DNA of 64,000 bases from contig CBFGKH010000003.1 of NCBI GenBank assembly GCA_965649295.1, forward strand, positions 64,001 through 128,000, in the 5' to 3' direction. Within the stretch, counting starts at the first letter, position 1. Each line of letters starts with the position of its first letter. Position numbers and translations under genes: made by a program. The stretch comes from a candidate division WOR-3 bacterium. Its GTDB lineage: Bacteria > Hydrothermota > Tepidihabitantia > Tepidihabitantales > Tepidihabitantaceae. Below are positions 1 to 7,467 of this stretch, piece after piece. The notes beneath the pieces were generated by a model. The model had not been told where the DNA came from. It was given only the letters and a program-made list of their open reading frames with translations, and did not search any database.

Positions 1-759
1 CGCGAGATCGTCTGCGAGCACGTTGACTTTGCCTATGACGGCCAAGAACTGGTTCTCCGCGACATCAGCCTGACAGTTCGTCGCGGCGAGAAGGTAGCAC
101 TGGTGGGTGAGACCGGTGGCGGCAAGACATCCATCGTCAACCTGCTGCTCAAGTTCTACCTCTACCAGCGCGGTCGAATCCGCTACGACGACGAGGACCT
201 GGCCACGATCGACCGGAAGCGACTACGCCAGGCAGTTGGATTTGTGCCCCAGGAAGTACTGATGTTCCCGGGCACGGTCCTCGACAACCTGCGCATGTTC
301 GACGAGACCGTGCCCCGCGAGCAGGTGATTGCCGCGGCCAAACGGGTAAGGGTGCACGAGGCGATTGAACGATTTCCGCAGGGCTACGATTCAGTATTGA
401 CTGAGGGCGGCGCCAACTTCTCCTTGGGCGAACGCCAACTGCTGGCATTTGCCCGGGCCCTGGTGCGTGACCCCCAGCTCCTCATCCTCGACGAAGCGAC
501 CTCCTCGGTTGATCCGCATACTGAACAACTGATTCAGGCTGGACTCGCCGAACTGCTCGCGGGACGGACCGCCATCATCGTTGCCCATCGGCTGGCAACG
601 ATTCGGATGGCCGACCGCGTGGTCGTGATTCACAAAGGCCGGGTAGCCGAAACCGGCACCCACGATGAACTTCTCAGTCGCAACGGCATCTACGCGCGAT
701 TGTACCGACTGCAGTACGTCGGACAGGAAAGTGCCACCGCCAGTGGCGAAGCAGGCTAG
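1..759 (+). CDS. ABC transporter ATP-binding/permease protein (MsbA/MdlB-like exporter), 5' partial
   Basis: Frame open from base 1; Walker A GETGGGKT, signature FSLGERQ, Walker B LILDEATS, H-loop AHRL. Confidence 0.95.
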   Translation, partial: REIVCEHVDFAYDGQELVLRDISLTVRRGEKVALVGETGGGKTSIVNLLLKFYLYQRGRIRYDDEDLATIDRKRLRQAVGFVPQEVLMFPGTVLDNLRMFDETVPREQVIAAAKRVRVHEAIERFPQGYDSVLTEGGANFSLGERQLLAFARALVRDPQLLILDEATSSVDPHTEQLIQAGLAELLAGRTAIIVAHRLATIRMADRVVVIHKGRVAETGTHDELLSRNGIYARLYRLQYVGQESATASGEAG

Positions 760-766
760 TGACCCG

Positions 767-2542
767 ATGAAGAAACAGCCGACAAGAGAACCAGCAACTC
801 ACCGGGCCAGCATGGCCAGCCTAAAGATTGTCTTCGACTTCTGGCGCGAGCGCAAAGCCTGGGCAGTGCTGCTCGTGCTGGGAATGCTCATCGCCACCGG
901 CCTGACCCTTGCCTTTCCCTATGTCCTGCGACTGATAATTGACGGCATCAAACGCGGCATCACCCAGCGACAGCTAATCCGCTACGTGCTGATGCTCGTC
1001 GGTCTGGGCGTGCTGCGGGTTATCGGCGATGTGCTAATGCCGTTCCTGCGCGGCCGCATCAACGAACTCTACGCCTGGAAAGTGCGCTCAACGGTGTTCA
1101 GTCGCGTGCTCGAAATGGGCCACACTTTCACCACCAAATATCCCACTGGTGACGTAATGGAGCGGCTTGACCACGACATGAACGAGCTTTCCTTCTTTGC
1201 CTGCTCGGTGATATTCCGATTCATCGGCTCATTGTTCATGGTCGTCTTCTCGCTGGCGATAATGCTGCGGATGAACCCGCTCCTGACCCTCATCTCGATT
1301 CTGCCGGCTGGGCTCGCACTTTGGGGTTGGCTGCGCATCTCGCCGCGGATGTACTCACTATTCATGCAATGGCGGAAGATGATATCCGAGGTCAACAACC
1401 GGCTGGAAGCGGCCTTCACCGGCATCAGACTGGTAAAAGCCTACGTCATGGAATCAAAGCTTGGCCAGCAGTTCCGTCGCACCCTTGACGAACGAGTGGA
1501 CGTAGCCGTGCGCGAGGCCCGTCTCGAAGCAGCCATTGAGGTCTTCTACACCGGTATCGCCGAGATTGCAACCCTGCTCGTCCTCTGGCTCGGCGGCTGG
1601 CAGGTTGTCCAGCACCATCTCACCCTTGGCCAGTTCGTCGCCTTCAACGCCTACATCCTGATGCTTCTCGGCCCAATGTTCGACATCGGCCGGCTCTTTG
1701 TTTCTGGCCGCCGCGCCCAGGGCACCGCGGAGCGGATTCAATCGCTCCAGAACCATCCGCTCGAAATCACCACTCCCGCCCGACCCGCCCTGCCCGAGTT
1801 CGGTGAACTACGACTGGAGAATGTCACCTTCCGCTACGCCGACCGACCGGCACTGAAAAACGTCTCCATGAGATTCGCCCCCGGCCGCAAAATTGGCATT
1901 GCCGGTACGGTTGGCTCGGGCAAAAGCACCATCTTTCGCCTTCTCTTTCGACTGGCTGACCCGCAGCAGGGCCGGGTGACACTTGCCGGCAGAGACATCC
2001 GCGAACTTGACCTTGCTGCCTATCGCCAGCTGTTCGGGTATGCACCGCAGGAACCGATGCTCTTCTCAGACACTGTCCGCAACAACATCCTCTTCGGCCG
2101 CGAGGGCGTAAGCGAGGAAGAGCTGCAACGCATCATCGCCGGCGCCGAACTCGACCAGGACGTGGCCGCGTTTCCACAAAAGCTTGACGAGATGCTCGGC
2201 GAACGCGGCACCCGGCTTTCGGGCGGACAAAAAGAACGAGTCGCTATTGCCCGAGCCCTGGTTGGCCGACCGCGGATACTGGTCTTCGACGACGCCACCT
2301 CAGCGCTAGATGCCGAAACCGAACGTGACCTCATCAATCGGCTGATGACCGAACTGCGCGACACTACTGCGATACTCGTCTCGCACCGGCTATCGGTGCT
2401 ATCAGCCTGCGACTGGGTTTACGTGCTCGACGGCGGCGAGGTCAAAGAAGAAGGCACACCCGAGGACCTCCTCGCCCGCCAGGGACTCTACTGGAAACTC
2501 TACCAGCGCCAGCTCATCGAGCAGGAACTAGAACAGCTGTAA
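767..2542 (+). CDS. ABC transporter permease/ATP-binding protein (heterodimeric exporter partner)
   Basis: N-terminal TM helices; GTVGSGKS, LSGGQKER, VFDDATS; start placed at ATG 767 after the upstream stop. Confidence 0.93.
   Translation: MKKQPTREPATHRASMASLKIVFDFWRERKAWAVLLVLGMLIATGLTLAFPYVLRLIIDGIKRGITQRQLIRYVLMLVGLGVLRVIGDVLMPFLRGRINELYAWKVRSTVFSRVLEMGHTFTTKYPTGDVMERLDHDMNELSFFACSVIFRFIGSLFMVVFSLAIMLRMNPLLTLISILPAGLALWGWLRISPRMYSLFMQWRKMISEVNNRLEAAFTGIRLVKAYVMESKLGQQFRRTLDERVDVAVREARLEAAIEVFYTGIAEIATLLVLWLGGWQVVQHHLTLGQFVAFNAYILMLLGPMFDIGRLFVSGRRAQGTAERIQSLQNHPLEITTPARPALPEFGELRLENVTFRYADRPALKNVSMRFAPGRKIGIAGTVGSGKSTIFRLLFRLADPQQGRVTLAGRDIRELDLAAYRQLFGYAPQEPMLFSDTVRNNILFGREGVSEEELQRIIAGAELDQDVAAFPQKLDEMLGERGTRLSGGQKERVAIARALVGRPRILVFDDATSALDAETERDLINRLMTELRDTTAILVSHRLSVLSACDWVYVLDGGEVKEEGTPEDLLARQGLYWKLYQRQLIEQELEQL
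2470..2542 (+). repeat. 3' end of ABC gene; copy 1 of direct repeat
   Basis: 2502-2542 matches 3138-3178 at 37/41 nt; 2470-2488 also resembles 3115-3132. Confidence 0.85.
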
Positions 2543-2644
2543 AGAAGAGGATTCTGCTGCGCCCGACGCAGTTCCTTGGTTCCTGTGGCCTACCGACCCC
2601 GGCCTTCGGATTGACAGAATGTGCCCTGTAGCTAGTCTATGAAT

Positions 2645-2881
2645 GTGATGAAGACCACTCGCTACTTTGAAGAGCAGGTCCTACGCAAACGTCCGTACAT
2701 CAAGCGCGAGTGGTGTCAAGTAGCATTAGCTAACCCTGCTCGCCGCGAAGTACAGCCCGACGGGCGCGTTCGCTACTGGCTATTTGTCCCTGAACTGGGA
2801 CGCTTCCTGAGGGTGGTTACGCTGGCTGATGGCGAAACCGTTCACAATGCGTTCCCTGACCGGGATTACACGGAGGACTGA
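2645..2881 (+). CDS. Small putative toxin (DUF4258/RelE-like) of a TA pair
   Basis: Basic protein of about 78 aa (KTTRYF...GRVRYW...LRVVTLADGETVHNAFPDR) abutting a DUF2283 gene; promoter TTGACA 2611 / TAGTCT 2633 favours GTG 2645 or ATG 2648 as start. Confidence 0.7.
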   Translation: MMKTTRYFEEQVLRKRPYIKREWCQVALANPARREVQPDGRVRYWLFVPELGRFLRVVTLADGETVHNAFPDRDYTED

Positions 2882-3103
2882 ATGAAGTTGCGCTATTATC
2901 CTGAAACCGATTCGCTGTACATCGACCTGTCCGAAAAAGCGAGTGTGGATTCACGCGAGGTCGCCCCTGGCGTCGTTCTCGACTTCGATGCCGACGGCAA
3001 ACTCGTCGGCCTGGACATCGACCACGCAAGCAAAATCGCCAGTCTGTCTCGCATCGAGGCCGAGGCCTTGCCGCTCTCGAACCTCGTCCTCAGCGGCACC
3101 TAG
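2882..3103 (+). CDS. DUF2283 domain protein (putative antitoxin)
   Basis: MKLRYYPETDSLYIDL...GVVLDFDADGKLVGLDI is the typical DUF2283 pattern. Confidence 0.85.
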   Translation: MKLRYYPETDSLYIDLSEKASVDSREVAPGVVLDFDADGKLVGLDIDHASKIASLSRIEAEALPLSNLVLSGT

Positions 3104-3114
3104 GCCTGCACGAC

Positions 3115-3178
3115 CTCGCCCGTCAAGGGCTCAGGTCACCAGCGCCAGCTCATCGAGCAAGAACTTGAGAAGCTGTAA
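3115..3178 (+). repeat. Degenerate duplicate of ABC gene 3' end (copy 2)
   Basis: Encodes QRQLIEQELEKL* versus QRQLIEQELEQL* in the gene. Confidence 0.85.
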
Positions 3179-3281
3179 CCCGTCAGCAAGCTGGTTGTGT
3201 TCGCACCGGAATAACCGCGCAACGCCATGAATGCACAGTATACCTCATCTATTTGGTATTGTGTCCCCGTATGGCCGGGGT

Positions 3282-4748
3282 CTACTGGGCATCAATCCTT
3301 AGACGCTCGACCCTTTTATTACGACAACGGCAGGCCCAGTTGGCACGCCCCTCGGCGAGGTCATGACGTTCCACCCAGCTGTGGCAGACGTTACACCAAA
3401 CACAATTAGCCAGGTTCAGTACAGCTTCGCCGAATTGCCGTGCCTCATGCATTGACAGGCCCATGGCCCACTCATTGTAGTGTGCTCCCGCAATGTTGCG
3501 CAGGTGTATCCAACGCTGCACGGCTTCCGCAAAATCTTTGGCCGTCGTCCTCGACAGAACCTTGTACACACCCGGCCAGAGGTCGCCCAGAGTGTATCGA
3601 TCACCCCTTCTACGTATGACCGATGTAGGCAAAGCCTGGCTCATCTCGTGACAGACCAATTCCACCAGCAGATTAGCTCGCGCGCAGATATCCGATACGC
3701 GTCCGCAATCCAGCGCTTCAGTGAGGGCCTGGTCGACATTACGGTCACTGCCTGCCAGGATTGGCCCATTGTGGTAACTCCAATGCGAGATGGTTAAGTC
3801 CAGAAAGCGGTGCGCACGCTGACGCATCAGTGCGCGCAACTGCTCCTGCCAGAGCCGGTCGTGTGCGGTGAACACAATCTGCCAATCATGGAAGCGATCA
3901 ACAATATGCTCCGCCAAACGCTGACGGACAGGAGCATCGACACTCTGTAGTGTATCATCGAGTACGAGCAGCTTGGACTGCCCTCTCCGGGAAGCTTCCT
4001 CCACGAAGGCAAGATACACAAGCAGTGCCAGCAGGTCCAAATTGGCCTCGCTGAAGATCTGCTGCGGCGGCACGACTCTGCCTCCCACAAGATGAACGTT
4101 GAAGGCGAGGGTCGTCGACGTAGGTCGCTGATAGAGGAGCTCTATGGCCACGACATGCTCTGAAGCGGCAGAAAGTTCTCGAAAAGAATCAGTGACAGCA
4201 GCGCCGAGAGAGTTGAGCACACTCTGGACTGCACATTGCTTCTCCACTGGACTCTTCGTTCCCGGTCTCAGGAAGCTGTCGAAAGCAATCTGCCTCTCGT
4301 GGTCTGGCGTTTCCCAGAACCTCGTGATGTCGCTCCGGCGAAGCACGAACGGCGAGATACAGAAGCTCCTGTGTGGGCTGGTATCTCGCCGCCATTTGCC
4401 TCTGGTGTCGGGGGTGGCGCCACGTGTGAAGGACGTGCCATCCGCGAAATCGACAGTCGTCGCACTTTCAGTCGCCGCAAACAACGAGTAGAGGGGTAGC
4501 CAACGACCGCGGACGTTACCACGCAGAGCGTACTCCAGCGCATCGACAATTGTCGACTTGCCCGTACCATTGTCGCCGCAAATGAGGAGAGAACTTGGTG
4601 TGCCACATTTGTCCCTGAAGTCGACCACCAGTTTGTTCGGTACCCCCCTGAAGCCGTCGATCACGAGTCTGACGATTCTGGTATCGCCGACCGGTTGACA
4701 AGGGACGTTTCCTAGTGTCGGTTCAGTCAACTCGTTACCTCGCGGCAT
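3282..4748 (-). CDS. SMC/RecF-type ABC ATPase with C-terminal HEPN-like RNase motif and Zn ribbon (RloC/PrrC-like defence candidate)
   Basis: Walker A GDNGTGKS, signature FSEAN, Walker B LVLDD, H-loop TAHD; RNIAGAH motif; terminal CxxC...CxC. Confidence 0.8.
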   Translation of the reverse strand: MPRGNELTEPTLGNVPCQPVGDTRIVRLVIDGFRGVPNKLVVDFRDKCGTPSSLLICGDNGTGKSTIVDALEYALRGNVRGRWLPLYSLFAATESATTVDFADGTSFTRGATPDTRGKWRRDTSPHRSFCISPFVLRRSDITRFWETPDHERQIAFDSFLRPGTKSPVEKQCAVQSVLNSLGAAVTDSFRELSAASEHVVAIELLYQRPTSTTLAFNVHLVGGRVVPPQQIFSEANLDLLALLVYLAFVEEASRRGQSKLLVLDDTLQSVDAPVRQRLAEHIVDRFHDWQIVFTAHDRLWQEQLRALMRQRAHRFLDLTISHWSYHNGPILAGSDRNVDQALTEALDCGRVSDICARANLLVELVCHEMSQALPTSVIRRRGDRYTLGDLWPGVYKVLSRTTAKDFAEAVQRWIHLRNIAGAHYNEWAMGLSMHEARQFGEAVLNLANCVWCNVCHSWVERHDLAEGRANWACRCRNKRVERLRIDAQ

Positions 4749-4754
4749 AGGCCG

Positions 4755-4782
4755 ATGGTAGCAGAGCGAGGTTATCTGTCAA
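4755..4782 (-). promoter_or_regulatory. sigma70-type promoter, leaderless
   Basis: TTGACA-16-TACCAT-6 nt-ATG(4748). Confidence 0.65.
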
Positions 4783-4820
4783 GGTCGTCAACGTGGACGA
4801 ACGCGGAGGCGAGATTCCCT

Positions 4821-4883
4821 CGACTACCATCGGTATGACAATACCCATCACGTCATTCCGAGGAGGCCTGGCGGCGAGGAATC
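4821..4883. repeat. REP-like palindromic family (GTCATTCCG...GAGGAATC and GATT/ACCCTCGACT...TGAC arms)
   Basis: Same arms recur at 35458-35824 and 61102-61177. Confidence 0.7.
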
Positions 4884-5096
4884 GCCGCAGCCGGCGGTAG
4901 TGGCCGCTCGCTAGCGTTAGAACGAAAGAAGGAATGTGGCTACGAGGATGAACACGAGAAACGGAAGCTCCTAGGAACGAGAGAACCACAGGTTGCACAG
5001 CCGAGGTCGCCGAATTGCGTCCTCAATGGGTTATACGCACTAAGACCGAATCTCGTGCAGGAATTGTAATCCGGGGCACGCTTCCCCAGACCGGTT

Positions 5097-5116
5097 TGTG
5101 TACTTGCAAGTACACA
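5097..5116. promoter_or_regulatory. Perfect 20-bp palindrome TGTGTACTTGCAAGTACACA
   Basis: Direct reading; related palindrome at 35202-35229. Confidence 0.8.
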
Positions 5117-5188
5117 GAGGAGCACGGACGAACTATCGCGTAACCGCAGAGAATGCCGTGAGTTATAGTCTATCAGCCGCTTCCCGAG

Positions 5189-5482
5189 ACCCCACCCCGG
5201 GGACTGTCCCGGGAGTGGTTCGGTAGAGTTGTGGCGAGACTGCTTAGAGAGATGCTGAGGACACCATCTGCCAATCGGCTGGAGGTTGCGTCTGGGCAGG
5301 TCTTGGCATATGGGCTTCGAGGAGAAGTATCGGACGTGCTCCCCAAGCCAAGTGCAGGACTCTTCTCGGCGCTGCTACTGGGAACGTCTGCAACCCGGTT
5401 ATGGACTAGGCCTGCGGCAGCACTCCTGCTGCCCTCTCCCAAGACCCTGCTGCCAGAGCCACTCATGATGTCTTGGCCAGGC
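5189..5482 (+). repeat. 12-nt-phased degenerate array A with 33-bp anchor (5189-5221)
   Basis: 24 consecutive 12-mers from 5195, 21 starting with two pyrimidines; anchor identical to the reverse complement of 35102-35134. Confidence 0.8.
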
Positions 5483-5622
5483 AGGTCGCAGTTCTGGTCT
5501 AGCTCAGACGACGCGCAGCCTGAGACCGGCATTGACCTCTGGCCGGTCAGTTTCTAGACTGGAATTAGTTGAACACCAAGGAGAACCGGGCGGAAAGATT
5601 GTTGCTCGCGGAAAAGGAGTGC

Positions 5623-6306
5623 ATGAAGATGAAGAAATCACTGTTGTTACTGATTGCGGCGCTGGTCCTGCCGGCTGCCGGAGTGAATATTGTGCTGAAC
5701 CCGTCGTTTGAGACCTGGCTATTGGGCGTGCCGGTTGGCTGGCTGACATCAGAGGCACTGTCGCCAGGCTCGGCAGTGCGAGACTCGAACAGCCACACCG
5801 GTTCCTGGTGTGTACGGCTGGAGGCAGTGGACACGAGCGCCTTTGTAACCTCGGCAACGCTCGTTCGGCCTGGACTGAGCTATGAGTTTGCCGGTTGGGT
5901 GCGATCACCCGGCGCGGTGGCCGGTTCTTTCATCCTCCAGTTCACCAAGCTCGATGCTTCGCCGATCGGTTCGCCGACCTTGATTCCAGCCTACTACTCC
6001 GGAACAAACTATCGTGAATATCGGCGCTGGGTAACAGCACCAGACTCAAGCGTCTTTCTCTCGATCACTTTTGCAACGCTGGCCGGACTCGTTGCCTATG
6101 TTGACGATGTGACGCTCGATGATACCAGTTTGACCGCGGTAGCCGAGAGAGCACCGGTTCGGACCGAGCGGGTTCGCGGTCTCGGCAAGTTTGTCTCCTG
6201 CGGCAGTCAGGTGCCGATGCCGGCGCAGCCGGTGTATGACGCGCTGGGCCGCCGGGTGAGTCAGGCCCGACCTGGCCGCGGTGTCTATTTTCTGCTGCCG
6301 AAATAG
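5623..6306 (+). CDS. Secreted protein, carbohydrate-binding-like (CBM4/9-like) domain with short C-terminal sorting domain
   Basis: AAGGAG RBS, signal peptide MKMKKSLLLL, NIVLNPSFE start and YVDDV end of the domain, C-terminal VYDALGRRV...GVYF. Confidence 0.75.
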   Translation: MKMKKSLLLLIAALVLPAAGVNIVLNPSFETWLLGVPVGWLTSEALSPGSAVRDSNSHTGSWCVRLEAVDTSAFVTSATLVRPGLSYEFAGWVRSPGAVAGSFILQFTKLDASPIGSPTLIPAYYSGTNYREYRRWVTAPDSSVFLSITFATLAGLVAYVDDVTLDDTSLTAVAERAPVRTERVRGLGKFVSCGSQVPMPAQPVYDALGRRVSQARPGRGVYFLLPK

Positions 6307-6522
6307 ATGGCCGAGATTGAGTTTCTGGTCCGGCGACTGCGAGGTGGCGGCTATTCAGCCCAAGCGCAGGGAGCCGACATCTTCACCGAAGCTGACTCCC
6401 TCGCCGAGCTGCGCAAGAACATCTGCGAGGCAGCCTGCTGCCATTGTGAGGAATGCAGTCGGCCCGACGCGGTCGTCCTGCGGTTTGGCCGGCACGGTCG
6501 GACCGAGCGCATCGAGTTGTGA
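6307..6522 (+). CDS. hicB: HicB-like antitoxin
   Basis: GGYSAQA..IFTEADSLAELRKNICEA pattern; GTGA overlap with hicA. Confidence 0.75.
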   Translation: MAEIEFLVRRLRGGGYSAQAQGADIFTEADSLAELRKNICEAACCHCEECSRPDAVVLRFGRHGRTERIEL

Positions 6523-6770
6523 AGCTGGCCCGCGACATTGCCGGTACCGAACTGGCCCGGCGTTTGCGCCGTTACGGTTACCGCGTCACCCGGCAAGTCG
6601 GCTCCCACATGCGGCTCACAACCGAGCAGAACGGCGTCCATCACGTAACCATTCCGGCCCATCGCAGCCTGCGTGCCGGCACCCTGGGATTTGTGCTAAC
6701 CAGTATCGCTGCCCATCTCGGACTGGAGCGGAGACAGTTGGCCAAGGTGCTGCTGGCCGCAGCCGACTAG
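6519..6770 (+). CDS. hicA: HicA family toxin
   Basis: GYRVTRQVGSHMRL...VTIPAH...LRAGTL. Confidence 0.88.
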   Translation: MKLARDIAGTELARRLRRYGYRVTRQVGSHMRLTTEQNGVHHVTIPAHRSLRAGTLGFVLTSIAAHLGLERRQLAKVLLAAAD

Positions 6771-6799
6771 CCGCTGCCCGGTTGACAGTCAGCGGCTAG
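6767..6799. terminator. Inverted repeat between convergent genes
   Basis: CTAGCCGCTG...CAGCGGCTAG 10-bp arms; no clear U-tract. Confidence 0.4.
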
Positions 6800-6822
6800 C
6801 GTCTAACCATGGTCAACTCCGG

Positions 6823-7392
6823 CTAGCGCAGTTCGGTGTAGCGCGGTTTGGCAAAGACGACCCGACCGACATCAGTGTCAAGAGCGCCCTGAATCACCAC
6901 CTCAAGGTCGCTGCCGACTGCAGCTGCGCCGTTCTCCACGACCACCTTGATACCGCCTTCTAGGTAGCCGATGCCCTCGTTCTTCTCCTTGCCCTTTTTG
7001 GCAATGCGCAGCCGCAGCTCAGTACCAGGCAGATACTGGGGCTTGAACAGATTGTAGATGTCGGTGGCGGTGACAGCATTGCCCGGGCCAGCCAACTGCT
7101 TTAGTTCAGGGTTGGTGGTGATGAGCGTCGCCTTATGCTTGCGAACTGCTGCCAGCACTGCCTCGCGACTGGCCAAGGAACGGTCGAGCTTGACCGTCAG
7201 TCCTTTGACTGTTTTGAGCTTCTCGATGGCCTCACGTGCGCGCCGGTTGGCATGGTCGTTCGGGCCGCTCGGCTCAACATCGGGCAGCAGCAAGCGGCCA
7301 GTGACGAGGCCAAAGGCCAGGAAATCGGCAATGCGTGGGTCGGCCAGACTCTGATAGTCAACGATGAAAGTCTTCTTGGCTGGGAAAAGCAT
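6823..7392 (-). CDS. PIN/TRAM domain protein (YacL-like, no membrane domain)
   Basis: C-terminal GKEKNEGIGYLEGGIKVVVENG...GRVVFA TRAM motif; follows radA. Confidence 0.8.
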   Translation of the reverse strand: MLFPAKKTFIVDYQSLADPRIADFLAFGLVTGRLLLPDVEPSGPNDHANRRAREAIEKLKTVKGLTVKLDRSLASREAVLAAVRKHKATLITTNPELKQLAGPGNAVTATDIYNLFKPQYLPGTELRLRIAKKGKEKNEGIGYLEGGIKVVVENGAAAVGSDLEVVIQGALDTDVGRVVFAKPRYTELR

Positions 7393-7467
7393 CTAACCTC
7401 CAATAACAGGCTGCCGGGATGATACCGGCCTTAGCTGGTAGGCGATAGCGAACCGCCGAGCTTCTGG

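Noticed and set aside
5231..5557. Plus-strand 108-aa ORF across array A as a real gene
   Set aside because: The equivalent frame in array B contains a stop (ttc tga); no RBS or recognisable domain.
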